From positions 3,017-67,016 of the forward strand of contig OMJP01000025.1 of the NCBI GenBank assembly GCA_900299405.1: a DNA stretch of 64,000 bases, in the 5' to 3' direction. Below are positions 7,777 through 18,157 of the stretch, piece by piece (positions within the stretch are counted from its first letter, which is position 1; every line of letters starts with the position of its first letter). A program made the translations under genes and the position numbers. Source of the DNA: a bacterium (lineage in GTDB: Bacteria; Patescibacteriota; Microgenomatia; UBA1400; PJMF01). The notes beneath the pieces were generated by a model, which was given only the letters and a program-made list of their open reading frames with translations, had not been told where the DNA came from and did not search any database.

Positions 7777-9582
7777 ATGAATCAAGCGCAGCTGCGTAAT
7801 ATCGCTATTATCGCCCATGTAGACCACGGTAAAACCACACTAGTGGATGCCATGCTAAAGCAAACCAAAACTTTTGCCGATCATCAAAAAGAGAATCAGG
7901 CCACCACCATCATGGATTCTAATGAACTCGAGAGAGAAAAAGGCGTCACTATTCTGGCCAAAAATACCGCAGTTTTCTGGCAGGACTACAAAATTAATAT
8001 CTTGGATACTCCAGGACATGCCGACTTTTCTGGTGAAGTAGAGCGAGTGCTGAATATGGCAGATGGTTGTATTCTCTTGGTGGATGCCGCCGAAGGGGTG
8101 CTGTCACAAACTCGGTTTGTCTTGAGACTGGCTCTAGAATTGGGGCTGGTACCCATCGTGCTGATCAATAAAGTAGATCGTAAAGATCAGCGGGTCAAAG
8201 AAGTAGAGCAAGAAATTGGTGATTTGTTTTTGGAACTAGCCACCCAAGATTTTCAGCTAGATTTTCCTGTTCTGTATGGTCGAGGAATAGAGGGGATTGT
8301 TGGCAGAGAAACAACAGAGCAGTCAGATTATTCACTTAATATTACTGATAGCACTGACTTGGCACCACTGTTTGAAACGATTGTCGAAAAAATTCCTGCA
8401 CCAGTTGGCGATCAAAACGCACCACTGCAGCTTCAGGTTAATTCTCTAGACTGGGATCAGCACAAAGGCAGAATTGCGATCGGGAGAATTTTCCAAGGAA
8501 CGGCTGAGGTGGGCCAGCAGGTTGCTTTGCTGCGCACTAACGGCGAATCTATTAAAACCACGATCGGTTACCTATTCAATCATTTCGGTTTGGAAAGAAA
8601 AGAGGTAGAAAAAGCCACCGCTGGAGAAATAGTGGCAGTGGCAGGCATTGATGATCCCGGCATCGGTGACACCATTGCTGACGCCAATCAACCCGTAGCC
8701 TTACCCCAAATGTCGATTTCTGAACCAACAGTAAAAATGCAGCTAATGATTAACACTTCGCCATTTGCTGGCTTGGAGGCAGAATTTTCCACTGCTCGGC
8801 AGCTACAGAATCGTCTCAAACAAGAACTAGAGACAAATGTTGGCCTGCGAGTGCTCCCCGGCACTAGTGCAGAAAACATGATTATCGTAGGTAGGGGGGA
8901 ACTACACTTGGCAATCTTGATCGAGACTATGCGTCGCGAGGGCTTTGAGTTTGCTCTCTCTCGTCCCCAAGTGGTGCTGAAAGAGGAGGCCGGCCAAACC
9001 ATGGAACCCTGGGAATACGTCACCATCGATGTTCCTGAGGATTACACTGGCAAAATTACTTCTAGCATGTCCCAGCGTCGAGGAAATTTGAAAAACATGC
9101 ACCACACCAAAAGCGGAGTGCGTTTTGAATACGAAATCTCTACTGCTAATCTGATCGGTTATCGCAGCGAACTGCTAACTGCCACTTCCGGAGCTGGGCT
9201 GCTAAACAACACTTTCTTGGAGTACAGACCTTTATCGCAAAGAGCTGATGTTGTCAGAGGAGGCGCCATGATCGCTCACGAAACAGGTTCTGTGACTGCC
9301 TACTCACTAGAAAAAGCTCAGCAAAGGGGAAAGTTATTTGTGGATCCTGGAGACAGGGTTTACGCTGGTCAGGTAGTGGGTATTCACAAACGCTTGGAAG
9401 ATATCACTATGAATGTAGTGCGCGGAAAAAAACTAACCAACATGCGTGCAGCCAGTGCCGACGCCACCGTAGTGCTAGCCCCTGCTTGGAAGCCATCTTT
9501 GGAACAATTTTTGACAATCATCGGTGAAAAAGAAGTGCTGGAAGTTACCCCACAAAGCTTGAGATTGAGAAGTCTTCAATAA
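7777..9582 (+). CDS. typA: Translational GTPase TypA/BipA
   Basis: [46 protein letters not shown]. Confidence 0.97.
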   Translation: MNQAQLRNIAIIAHVDHGKTTLVDAMLKQTKTFADHQKENQATTIMDSNELEREKGVTILAKNTAVFWQDYKINILDTPGHADFSGEVERVLNMADGCILLVDAAEGVLSQTRFVLRLALELGLVPIVLINKVDRKDQRVKEVEQEIGDLFLELATQDFQLDFPVLYGRGIEGIVGRETTEQSDYSLNITDSTDLAPLFETIVEKIPAPVGDQNAPLQLQVNSLDWDQHKGRIAIGRIFQGTAEVGQQVALLRTNGESIKTTIGYLFNHFGLERKEVEKATAGEIVAVAGIDDPGIGDTIADANQPVALPQMSISEPTVKMQLMINTSPFAGLEAEFSTARQLQNRLKQELETNVGLRVLPGTSAENMIIVGRGELHLAILIETMRREGFEFALSRPQVVLKEEAGQTMEPWEYVTIDVPEDYTGKITSSMSQRRGNLKNMHHTKSGVRFEYEISTANLIGYRSELLTATSGAGLLNNTFLEYRPLSQRADVVRGGAMIAHETGSVTAYSLEKAQQRGKLFVDPGDRVYAGQVVGIHKRLEDITMNVVRGKKLTNMRAASADATVVLAPAWKPSLEQFLTIIGEKEVLEVTPQSLRLRSLQ

Positions 9583-9623
9583 AATACTAGTTTCATATAC
9601 AATTGACCATATCAGGAAGAATT

Positions 9624-10853
9624 ATGAAAATGTCTCGTTTGGCGTTTACGCCACTAAAAAATCCACCAGCTAATGCTGACACCATCAACCATCAGTTACT
9701 AGTTCAAGCTGGTTTTGTTCGACAGCTAATGGCCGGAGTTTACATTTACACTCCTATGGGCTTGCGGGTGCTGAATAAAATTCGCAGCGTCATTCGTGAA
9801 GAAATGAATGCCATCGGCGGGCAAGAGGTCTTGATGCCTTCACTGCACCCCAAACAAAACTGGGTTCAAACAGGAGCTTGGGATAGTGTCGATGTGTTGT
9901 TCAAACTAGATAGTCGCACTGGCAAAGAATATGCCCTAGGACAAAGCCACGAAGAAATTGTTACCCCACTCGCTAAAGAAATGATCAAGAGCTACAAAGA
10001 CTTACCTTTGGCTTTGTATCAAATTCACTGGAAATTCCGTGATGAGCTTAGAGCAAAGTCAGGAATTTTGCGCGGCCGAGAATTCGAAATGAAAGACATG
10101 TACAGCTTCCACGAAAACCAAGAAGATTTTGAGAGGTTTTATGAAGAAGTGAAAAAAGCCTACTTACGAGCCTATGACAAAATTGACTTAGTGGCCAAAG
10201 TAACTGAGGCTTCTGGAGGAGGATTTTCTAACAAAATCTCTTACGAATTTATGGTGCTCACCGACGCCGGTGAGGATGACATTTATTACTGCCCTTCATG
10301 TGAGTTCTGTGTAAACAGCGAAATAGCCAAACAAAAAGTAGGGGATAGTTGTCCAAAATGTAACGAGGGTGAGTTGCTGGAGGCCAGGGCTTCAGAAGTT
10401 GGTAACGTTTTTGATCTAGGAACGAAATACAGTAAAGATTTTGAGGTTTTTTATGTCTACGCCGATGGCAGCAAGCAGCAACCTATCATGGGTTGCTATG
10501 GCTGGGGAACAACTAGAACAATGGGAGTGATTGTCGAAAAATCTCATGACGAACGAGGAATTATTTGGCCAGCAAGCGTAGCTCCTTATCAATTAGTTCT
10601 CGTTTCTTTGGCTGGCGCAGAACAACAAGCTCAAGGTCTCTACGACCAGCTAACCAAAGCCGGCGCGGAGGTGTTGTGGGATGATCGTGATGAGTCGCCT
10701 GGCAAAAAGTTTGCTGATGCTGATTTGATCGGCGTACCTGTCCGCTTGGTGGTCTCAGAAAAAACTGGTGACAAAGTGGAGTGGAAAAACAGAGCCAGTG
10801 ACAAAACCGAGCTACTGACTGCCAAACAAGTCTTGGATAAACTCAGCTCCTAA
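9624..10853 (+). CDS. proS: Proline--tRNA ligase, short form without full editing domain
   Basis: QLLVQAGF, LYQIHWKFRDELR, REFEMKDMYSF, EVGNVFDLGTKYS, MGCYGWG, KFADADLIG. Confidence 0.93.
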   Translation: MKMSRLAFTPLKNPPANADTINHQLLVQAGFVRQLMAGVYIYTPMGLRVLNKIRSVIREEMNAIGGQEVLMPSLHPKQNWVQTGAWDSVDVLFKLDSRTGKEYALGQSHEEIVTPLAKEMIKSYKDLPLALYQIHWKFRDELRAKSGILRGREFEMKDMYSFHENQEDFERFYEEVKKAYLRAYDKIDLVAKVTEASGGGFSNKISYEFMVLTDAGEDDIYYCPSCEFCVNSEIAKQKVGDSCPKCNEGELLEARASEVGNVFDLGTKYSKDFEVFYVYADGSKQQPIMGCYGWGTTRTMGVIVEKSHDERGIIWPASVAPYQLVLVSLAGAEQQAQGLYDQLTKAGAEVLWDDRDESPGKKFADADLIGVPVRLVVSEKTGDKVEWKNRASDKTELLTAKQVLDKLSS

Positions 10854-10996
10854 GCTTCATTCTTTGCAGAAATTGCTGGAAATACTCCAACCTATAAGGA
10901 ATTTTCTGTTCTTGATTCGAAAAAATTATAGATCTATCTATCAATCCTTTTTGCTTGTATTATTTTTCTAAATCACATCATATATTACTGTATACA

Positions 10997-11067
10997 TCCC
11001 GGTGAGGACCCCACTGCAACACTCCCCCCAAGGACGTTGTGGTGGGCGTCTACTTCCGGGTTTTCTT
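10997..11067 (+). ncRNA. Unidentified long GC-rich hairpin RNA with U-rich tail (strand uncertain)
   Basis: CCCGG/CCGGG, GAC/GTC and CCCACTGCAAC/GTTGTGGTGGG stems in an AT-rich intergenic region. Confidence 0.4.
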
Positions 11068-11080
11068 GTATAATACCTCC

Positions 11081-11956
11081 ATGGATTCTCGACCTCTTAT
11101 TGCTACCCACCATGCTCCTGACCTGGATGCCGTGACCGCTGTTTGGCTGCTAAAGCGCTTCCATGCCCAAGACTTTGCCGATGCCAAAATCGGCTTCGTC
11201 AATCCTGGAGAAAAAATGAGCCTGGAAGATGCTCAAGCCTACGGCTCCCAACTGCACGAAATCACTTACGTCGATACCGGCTATGGCAAGTTCGATCATC
11301 ATCAGCCAGAAAGAGCACAACAGAAAATCTGTGCCGCGACTTTGGTCTATGACCACGTTTGTGAGATTCACCCTGATCTCAAAGACGACCAAGCCCTCAA
11401 AACAATCGTAGATCTAGCCAATGATGTCGATCACTTTGGCGAAATCAACTGGCCTAAAGCTCAGCACCCCCGTTACTTGTTCATGATTCATGACTTGATT
11501 CGCGGCCATGAGTACACCGATCCCCACAACGATGACTCGCAGATGCATTTTGGTTTTCAGTGTTTGGACAATGCCTACGCCACTCTCACTCAGCACTTTA
11601 AAGCTCTGGAAATCATCAAAAACAAAGGTCAAGAAATAGCGATCAAAGATGGTAAAGCGCTAGCACTGCTGACGCGCAACGACGACACCATCAAGGTCGC
11701 CCAAAAACAGGGATATTTGCTAGTGGCTCGTAAAGACCCCAAACTCGGTCACATTCGCATCAAGGCTCAACCGGACGCTCCTTTTAATCTGGATGAGCTG
11801 GAAAAAAGAATCAGCGAAGAAGATAAAAAAGGCACTTGGTTCTACCATGGTAGCGGCAAAATGCTGCTCAATGGTTCCAAAAAGAATCGTGACCAGGTTC
11901 CCAGTCCACTGACTTTGGAACAAGTAGTTATTTTGATCAAGGAAATCTATGGCTAA
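11081..11956 (+). CDS. DHH/MYG1-like phosphoesterase
   Basis: THHAPDLDAV, YVDTG..KFDHHQ; TATAAT 6 nt before ATG 11081. Confidence 0.7.
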   Translation: MDSRPLIATHHAPDLDAVTAVWLLKRFHAQDFADAKIGFVNPGEKMSLEDAQAYGSQLHEITYVDTGYGKFDHHQPERAQQKICAATLVYDHVCEIHPDLKDDQALKTIVDLANDVDHFGEINWPKAQHPRYLFMIHDLIRGHEYTDPHNDDSQMHFGFQCLDNAYATLTQHFKALEIIKNKGQEIAIKDGKALALLTRNDDTIKVAQKQGYLLVARKDPKLGHIRIKAQPDAPFNLDELEKRISEEDKKGTWFYHGSGKMLLNGSKKNRDQVPSPLTLEQVVILIKEIYG

Positions 11957-12416
11957 CTGTATTTTCTGCCAAATAGCTGCTGGACAAACTCCAGCTCACA
12001 AAATCTGGGAAGATGACGAGCATGTTGCTTTCCTCTCGATTTTTCCCAACACCAAAGGTTTCACCGTAGTAACTAGCAAACAACACCATGGCAGCTACGC
12101 TTTCGCACAAAGTGATGAGGTCTTGAGTAAGCTAATCCTCGCAACCAAAAAAGTGGCCCAAATTCTGGATAACTATTTCGACGATGTTTCCCGCTGTGGT
12201 ATGTTTTTTGAAGGCTTTGGGGTAGACCATCTGCACAGTAAGCTTTTCCCCATGCATGGCACGGGCCAGATGTCCGACTGGCAAATGATCGAGAGCAAGA
12301 GCGACACCTATTTCGAAAAATATCCTGGCTACCTGTCATCCAACGACTCTCATCGAGCAGATGATGAAAAACTAGCTGAGTTGGCAGAAAATATCAGGAA
12401 CAGCCACCAGGGCTGA
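11949..12416 (+). CDS. HIT family nucleotide hydrolase
   Basis: CIFCQI, AFLSIFP, variant triad DHLHSK. Confidence 0.9.
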   Translation: MANCIFCQIAAGQTPAHKIWEDDEHVAFLSIFPNTKGFTVVTSKQHHGSYAFAQSDEVLSKLILATKKVAQILDNYFDDVSRCGMFFEGFGVDHLHSKLFPMHGTGQMSDWQMIESKSDTYFEKYPGYLSSNDSHRADDEKLAELAENIRNSHQG

Positions 12417-12485
12417 CAGATTACCAAGAGTAAGTTACAATACACACCTTGTATCAACTTGTAACCCAGAGGGGAGGTGAGAAAC

Positions 12486-12740
12486 ATGGCTATCGTAGTC
12501 AAAGCCAAAAAAGGCGACTCTACCAATGACGTGATTCGCAAATTCAAAAAAGCGAGCATCGCTTCTGGTGTGGTACAAAAAGCCAAGGACAGTCGCTATT
12601 ACAAAAAACCTTCCAAAGTGAGAGCGGAAAAAACTGCTACTCGCAATCGTCTCAAAAGACGCGCTCGTTCACTAAAGAAAATGAAGAATATTTCTCCTCA
12701 GGTTATAAGTCGGATCAACCAAAAGTTGGGTAAGTCTTAA
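12486..12740 (+). CDS. rpsU: 30S ribosomal protein bS21
   Basis: Basic 84 aa; VIRKFKK...RYYKKPS; strong SD GGGGAGGTG. Confidence 0.8.
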   Translation: MAIVVKAKKGDSTNDVIRKFKKASIASGVVQKAKDSRYYKKPSKVRAEKTATRNRLKRRARSLKKMKNISPQVISRINQKLGKS

Positions 12741-12744
12741 TTTT

Positions 12745-13272
12745 CTACTTGGATTTCTTGCGAGGCTTGATTCTCGCTTTGATGCTGAACTCCCATTGAT
12801 CGCCATCACTGGTATCAAAACTATTGGAGTTGGTCATCGAGTGGTAATTCACCAAGTGGTTGCTAAGGGTTTCTTCTAGTTCTTTTTGCTCTTCGCGCAG
12901 CTCATTGATTTTCACTTTGAGAGACATGGCTTCTGGATTAGAACTTAGCTGACTCTTACGCTCCTTAACTTTGATTGAGTGAGCTTTCATTTCCTCCTGA
13001 GCTTCAGAAAGATCGCCGTCATTGTCAAACACATCACGTAGCATTGTTCTGGTGCTTTTGAGATTGTCTTTGATTTCTTCCAGCTGGTTAGCTCGGCGCT
13101 CGATCAAGTTCTGTAGGGAAGTCAAAGTCTCGGCTAGTTGATCAGACTCCTCGGTCTCATCCAAAGCCTTGTTCGCCAAGTCCTCACCAGACTCAAGCTG
13201 TTCCTGCTCATCACCAGCCTCCAGAGCCTCTTGCTCTTCACCTTGTTCTAATTGGGGATCATCATTTGCCAT
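12745..13272 (-). CDS. Hypothetical acidic coiled-coil protein
   Basis: 175-aa ORF, heptad-rich, SD-like GAAAGG upstream. Confidence 0.7.
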   Translation of the reverse strand: MANDDPQLEQGEEQEALEAGDEQEQLESGEDLANKALDETEESDQLAETLTSLQNLIERRANQLEEIKDNLKSTRTMLRDVFDNDGDLSEAQEEMKAHSIKVKERKSQLSSNPEAMSLKVKINELREEQKELEETLSNHLVNYHSMTNSNSFDTSDGDQWEFSIKARIKPRKKSK

Positions 13273-13343
13273 AAAACCTTTCTAACAACTAGTGGGAATG
13301 GTTATAACAAGAGAAGTGAAGCAGAATCAATGGGAAAACTCTG

Positions 13344-13416
13344 CGAGCCCGACCGGGATCGAACCGGCGATCTCTTCCGTGACAGGGAAGCATGTTAACC
13401 ACTACACCACGGGCCC
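13344..13416 (-). tRNA. tRNA-Asp(GTC)
   Basis: GGGCCCG acceptor, CTTCC-CTGTCAC-GGAAG, G73. Confidence 0.95.
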
Positions 13417-13546
13417 TCGAAGGCGTAATTATACGCTAAGCTACATTGCAGTGCAATTTAGAAAGAAACAGCTGTTTTTGCCAGTAGAACAGGAAAATCG
13501 CGGCTGATTTTGTTATACTGAAAACAGTAATAACACAAAGGAAACC

Positions 13547-14134
13547 ATGTTCAGTCCCTTAGTCATCGTGCTCGTATTAGTCGCTCTCTATGCAGTAGGA
13601 GTCTATAACTCGCTACAAACTCTAAAGACTCAGATCCAAGCCAGTATTCAGGAGATTGGTAATCAGTTGAAACGTCAAGCTTCTTTGATTCCGAACTTGA
13701 GCAATGCCGTCAAAGGCTATCTCAAACACGAAAAGGGCATTTTTAAAATGCTGACTGATGCCCGCAAAGCTGCAGAAAAAGCTGATAAATCAGGTAAAAT
13801 CTCTGACATCGATAAAGCTTTGGACAGTATTCAGTCAGTTTTGCCTCAAATTCAGGTAGCCGTCGAAGACAACCCTGAATTGAAATCTGACGCTACCGTC
13901 ACTAAGTTCATGGATGAGCTCACCGACACTGCTGACAAACTCAGTTATGCTCGTCGAACAGTCATCGACCTCAGCCAATCCTACAACCAAAAGCTGGTGG
14001 TTTTTCCCTCCAATTTGATTGCCGGATTATTTGGCTTCAAACAAGAGGCGGGTATTGCTACTCCTACCACTGGCAGTCACATGTCTGTCAGTCAGCAGGA
14101 AATGCGTGAACCAAAAGTCGACTTCGAAGAATAG
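13547..14134 (+). CDS. lemA: LemA family protein
   Basis: N-term TM, YNSL, QLKRQASLIPNL, NPELKSD, YN..LVVFPSNLIA. Confidence 0.92.
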   Translation: MFSPLVIVLVLVALYAVGVYNSLQTLKTQIQASIQEIGNQLKRQASLIPNLSNAVKGYLKHEKGIFKMLTDARKAAEKADKSGKISDIDKALDSIQSVLPQIQVAVEDNPELKSDATVTKFMDELTDTADKLSYARRTVIDLSQSYNQKLVVFPSNLIAGLFGFKQEAGIATPTTGSHMSVSQQEMREPKVDFEE

Positions 14135-14149
14135 TGGCTTGATCAAGCT

Positions 14150-15052
14150 ATGACTCATTACCAGCTAGTATCGCGGAATAAATATAAATCTGGGGCAATT
14201 GTCCTGGTGTTTATTGTCTTTATCGTGGGGGCTGCTTATCTGATGACCCAGGCTTTTGGTTATGGCTTGGATGTCGTCGGTTGGGCGCTGGTTTTCTCAG
14301 GAATAACTTCCTTTGGCAGCTATTATTTCTCTGACAAGATTATCTTGAGTTTATCTGGAGCTAGAGAAGCAAACAGGGCAGAATTTTTTGATTTCTATAC
14401 CGTCACCGAAAATATCTGTAGTGGTCAGAAGCTAAGGCTGCCCAAGCTTTATGTCATCGATGATAGTGCCATGAATGCTTTTGCCACCGGCAGAGATCCT
14501 GATCATGCAGTGGTGTGTGTCACCACAGGGCTGCTAAGTCGACTAAACCGAGCGGAAATCGAAGGAGTAGTAGCTCACGAACTAGCTCATATCAAAAACT
14601 ACGACATTCGGCTAATGTCGATCGTCACGGTACTGGTTGGTCTGGTTGCCCTGCTTTCAGACTGGCTACTGCGGATGACCTACTGGCGGGGCAGAGGAAG
14701 AGATCGAGACGCCGGACAGATCCAAGCAATTATTTTCGTCGCTGGGCTGGTTTTGGCAATTCTCTCGCCATTGATTGCCCAGCTTATCAAGCTTGCTATT
14801 TCTCGTCGCAGAGAATTTCTGGCAGACGCTGCTGGGGTAGCCATGACCAAAAACCCTGGAGGGTTAATTAATGCCCTACAGAAGTTGGACCGCGATCGTG
14901 AGCCCCTAGAGGCCGCTAACAAAGCTACCGCTCATCTGTATATTTCTGATCCTTTAAAAAACTCCAAAGGAGCTGTGCATTTGTTCGCCAAGATGTTTGC
15001 CACCCATCCGCCAATAGAAGAAAGAGTCGCAGCACTGAAAAATATCAGCTAA
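14150..15052 (+). CDS. htpX: HtpX-like M48 zinc metalloprotease
   Basis: NAFATGR, HELAH, SRRREFLADA, THPPIEERV. Confidence 0.93.
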   Translation: MTHYQLVSRNKYKSGAIVLVFIVFIVGAAYLMTQAFGYGLDVVGWALVFSGITSFGSYYFSDKIILSLSGAREANRAEFFDFYTVTENICSGQKLRLPKLYVIDDSAMNAFATGRDPDHAVVCVTTGLLSRLNRAEIEGVVAHELAHIKNYDIRLMSIVTVLVGLVALLSDWLLRMTYWRGRGRDRDAGQIQAIIFVAGLVLAILSPLIAQLIKLAISRRREFLADAAGVAMTKNPGGLINALQKLDRDREPLEAANKATAHLYISDPLKNSKGAVHLFAKMFATHPPIEERVAALKNIS

Positions 15053-15092
15053 TCCCCTGAAAACCCTCAAGAGATCTGCTATACTACCAGAC

Positions 15093-15407
15093 GTGTCGAA
15101 AAAATCAGTCACTGCAAAAGACGTTCATCACATCAGCCAACTAGCACAAATTCCTATCACCGAAAAAGAAAGCAAGGAGCTAGCTAAGGCGTTTGTTGAA
15201 ACTTTCAATGTCATCGACCAGCTGCAATCCCTAAATGTCAGCCAAACAGATATTACTTACCAGGTAACTGGTTTGGAGAATAATTGGCGAGAAGATGCCG
15301 TAGATAAAAAAGTCATGTTTTCTCAAAAAGAAGCCTTACAAAATGCTAAAAAAACCCACCAAGGATATTTTGTGGTACCAAAAATTTTAGAGGCCAAGGA
15401 CACTTGA
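15093..15407 (+). CDS. gatC: Asp/Glu-tRNA amidotransferase subunit C
   Basis: VHHISQLAQI, WRED, YFVVPKIL; operon context. Confidence 0.9.
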   Translation: MSKKSVTAKDVHHISQLAQIPITEKESKELAKAFVETFNVIDQLQSLNVSQTDITYQVTGLENNWREDAVDKKVMFSQKEALQNAKKTHQGYFVVPKILEAKDT

Positions 15408-16789
15408 TGTTGAATCAGCTAACTTTGACTCAGACTATCGAGGGGTTAAAGAAAAATCAGTTTTCTTTAGATGAGCTGTATCAGGCAGTTGATCAAGCCA
15501 TCGGCAAAAAAAACAAAAAACTCAATGCCTATCTAACCCTCAATGAAAAATCACTAGCAACCGCTAAAAAACAGTCTAAAAAGGCCTTGATGGGGGTGCC
15601 AATTGCAGTCAAAGACAATTTCTGTACCGCTGAACTGCGAACGACCGCCTCTTCCAAAGTTTTGGACAACTTTCAGCCACCTTTCAATGCCACAGTTGTA
15701 AACAAACTAGAGGAAAATGGTGGGGTAGTACTAGGAAAAACCAATCTCGATGCCTGGGCCCATGGATCTTCTACTGAAACCAGTGATTACGGTCGCACAT
15801 TGAACCCCAGAAACACCGATTATCTGCCAGGTGGATCTTCTGGTGGTAGCGCAGCTGCTGTGGCAGCAGACATGTGTATCGCCGCGATTGGTAGTGAAAC
15901 AGCGGGCTCAATTCGTCAGCCAGCTGCTTGGTGTGGCGCTGTGGGAGTTAAGCCAACTTATGGTCGAGTTAGCCGCTATGGAGTGGCAGCCATGGCTTCA
16001 TCCACCGATAGCCCAGGCCCAATTACCAAAACCGTAGAGGATGGCGCCGTGCTGCTCAACGCTATTGCCGGACACGACCCTTTGGATGCCACCACTAACG
16101 AAGAGAAGTCCCCAGACTTTACCAAGCTAATTGGTAAAAGTATTAAGGGCTTAAAGATTGGCTATATTTACCACGATACTGAAGGCCTGGAAATGGTAAA
16201 CGAAAAACTAGAATCTCAACTACCAGTACTAGAGAAATTGGGAGCTAAAGTAGAAAAGGCCTCAGCCCTAGATCCTCACTATGCGATCGGTGTTTATACA
16301 GTAGTGCAGCGAGCAGAGGTGAGCAGCAATCTGGCTAGGTATGACGGCATTCGCTATGGCAACGATCGTTCTTATTTCTGTCATGAAGCTAAAAAAAGAC
16401 AAATGCTAGGAACTTACACCATCAGTAGAGCGACCGAAATTAATACTTATCAGCTGGCACAAAAAGTGCGCACCCTCTTTGTGGAAGATATGAAAAAACT
16501 GTTTAGTAAATATGACATCTTGGTTTCCGCAACTTCTCCTGGTTTTGCAAAAAAAATCGGTGCTACCGAAGGATCCGCCATGTTTGGTGAGCTGGAAGAC
16601 ATGCTCTTGGAGCCAAGCTCAATCACTGGTTATCCAGGAATTAACGTGCCTTTTTATCATGATCCCCAAACAAACCTATTTTTGGGAATGAGTCTAGTGG
16701 TGCCAATGTGGGAAGAGCAAAAAATGTTCCATGTGGCTGACGCTTTCGAAAAAAACACTGATTGGAATACTTGGAGGAAGCAGTCATGA
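15407..16789 (+). CDS. gatA: Asp/Glu-tRNA amidotransferase subunit A
   Basis: Amidase signature GVPIAVKDN, PGGSSGGSAAAV, GSIRQPAA, SSNLARYDGIRYG. Confidence 0.95.
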   Translation: MLNQLTLTQTIEGLKKNQFSLDELYQAVDQAIGKKNKKLNAYLTLNEKSLATAKKQSKKALMGVPIAVKDNFCTAELRTTASSKVLDNFQPPFNATVVNKLEENGGVVLGKTNLDAWAHGSSTETSDYGRTLNPRNTDYLPGGSSGGSAAAVAADMCIAAIGSETAGSIRQPAAWCGAVGVKPTYGRVSRYGVAAMASSTDSPGPITKTVEDGAVLLNAIAGHDPLDATTNEEKSPDFTKLIGKSIKGLKIGYIYHDTEGLEMVNEKLESQLPVLEKLGAKVEKASALDPHYAIGVYTVVQRAEVSSNLARYDGIRYGNDRSYFCHEAKKRQMLGTYTISRATEINTYQLAQKVRTLFVEDMKKLFSKYDILVSATSPGFAKKIGATEGSAMFGELEDMLLEPSSITGYPGINVPFYHDPQTNLFLGMSLVVPMWEEQKMFHVADAFEKNTDWNTWRKQS

Positions 16790-18129
16790 GCTGGCAAGAC
16801 AAATACAAACCAGTCATCGGTCTGGAGACACACGCTGAGCTCAAAACAGCTTCGAAAATGTTTTGTGGCTGCGTAAATGATCCTTTTGGCGCTAAACAAC
16901 CCAATAGCCATACCTGTCCAGTGTGTCTGGGAATGCCCGGTGGCTTACCAGTGCCCAACAAAAAAGCCATTGAGTGGACTCTAAAAATCGGCCTAGCTAC
17001 TGACTGTGAGGTTAATCTGTTTTCAAAATTTGATCGCAAGCATTACTTCTATCCTGATTTGGCCAAAGGCTATCAGATCAGCCAGTATGACCTGCCTTTT
17101 TGTTATGGTGGCAAGCTAGAAACTAGCCAGGGAATCATAGGAATTCGTCGTGTCCATTTAGAAGAAGATACTGCCAAATTGCTCCACAAAAAAATCGACG
17201 GTAAAGATGTCAGCCTCATTGATTTCAACCGCAGCGGAGTGCCTTTGGTAGAGATCGTCACTGAACCAGACATCAGAAATGGTGCTCAAGCCAAAGAATA
17301 TGGTAAAAAAATGCGCCAATTACTGCGCTACTTGGATGTCGCTGACTGCGATATGGAGCAAGGAGGCATGCGCCTCGAAGCCAATATTTCACTGCGCAAA
17401 AAAGGTACCAAAGAGCTGCCCAGCTACAAAGTCGAGATCAAAAACATCAATTCTTTCCGCTTTATGGAGCAGGCAATCGATTACGAACTAGAACGTCAGG
17501 CAAAAATTCTTGATTCAGGAGAAACGCCTCAGCAGGAAACCCGTGGCTGGGACGCGACCAAAAATCAAACCTTCTCTCAGCGTAGCAAAGAAGAAGCCGA
17601 AGATTATCGTTACTTCCCAGAACCAGATATTCCGCCAATTCGCTTCACTGAAGATCAGGTTGAAAAAATCAAATCAGCATTACCAGAAACACCTCAGCAG
17701 GTTGCCGGCAGGTGGGAAAAAGACTATGAGCTAACTGCAGCTCAAGCCGCTCAATTATCTACAGTTGAGTCAGAGTCGGAGCTGGCCTGGCTTGATTCTA
17801 TTTTGAAATTGCTCAATCAGCAAAAACTAGACATCCAGCTGTTTGCCAATGACCTGATTAACAAAAAACTCTCAGTCACTCAAAAACTAACTCCTGAAGA
17901 AGTGGTCAAGAGATTCGAAAGTCTGCACGCCACTGAAGAAATAGACGGCGGAGAGTTGGCGGGCTTAATCCAAGAAGTGCTCAAGAACAATCAGGATGCG
18001 GTCGAAAAATACCAAGCCGGAGAACAGCAAGTACTGGGTTTCTTGATGGGTCAGGTGCTAGGAAAAATCGATAAAAAACTCGATCCCAAACAAGTGCGTA
18101 ATGCCCTGCAAACCGCTCTTGAAGACTGA
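16786..18129 (+). CDS. gatB: Asp/Glu-tRNA amidotransferase subunit B
   Basis: IGLETHAEL, FDRKHYFYPDL, HLEEDTAK, DYRYFPEPD. Confidence 0.96.
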   Translation: MSWQDKYKPVIGLETHAELKTASKMFCGCVNDPFGAKQPNSHTCPVCLGMPGGLPVPNKKAIEWTLKIGLATDCEVNLFSKFDRKHYFYPDLAKGYQISQYDLPFCYGGKLETSQGIIGIRRVHLEEDTAKLLHKKIDGKDVSLIDFNRSGVPLVEIVTEPDIRNGAQAKEYGKKMRQLLRYLDVADCDMEQGGMRLEANISLRKKGTKELPSYKVEIKNINSFRFMEQAIDYELERQAKILDSGETPQQETRGWDATKNQTFSQRSKEEAEDYRYFPEPDIPPIRFTEDQVEKIKSALPETPQQVAGRWEKDYELTAAQAAQLSTVESESELAWLDSILKLLNQQKLDIQLFANDLINKKLSVTQKLTPEEVVKRFESLHATEEIDGGELAGLIQEVLKNNQDAVEKYQAGEQQVLGFLMGQVLGKIDKKLDPKQVRNALQTALED

Positions 18130-18157
18130 TTATAACTATGCCATTCTGAGGTAGCTT

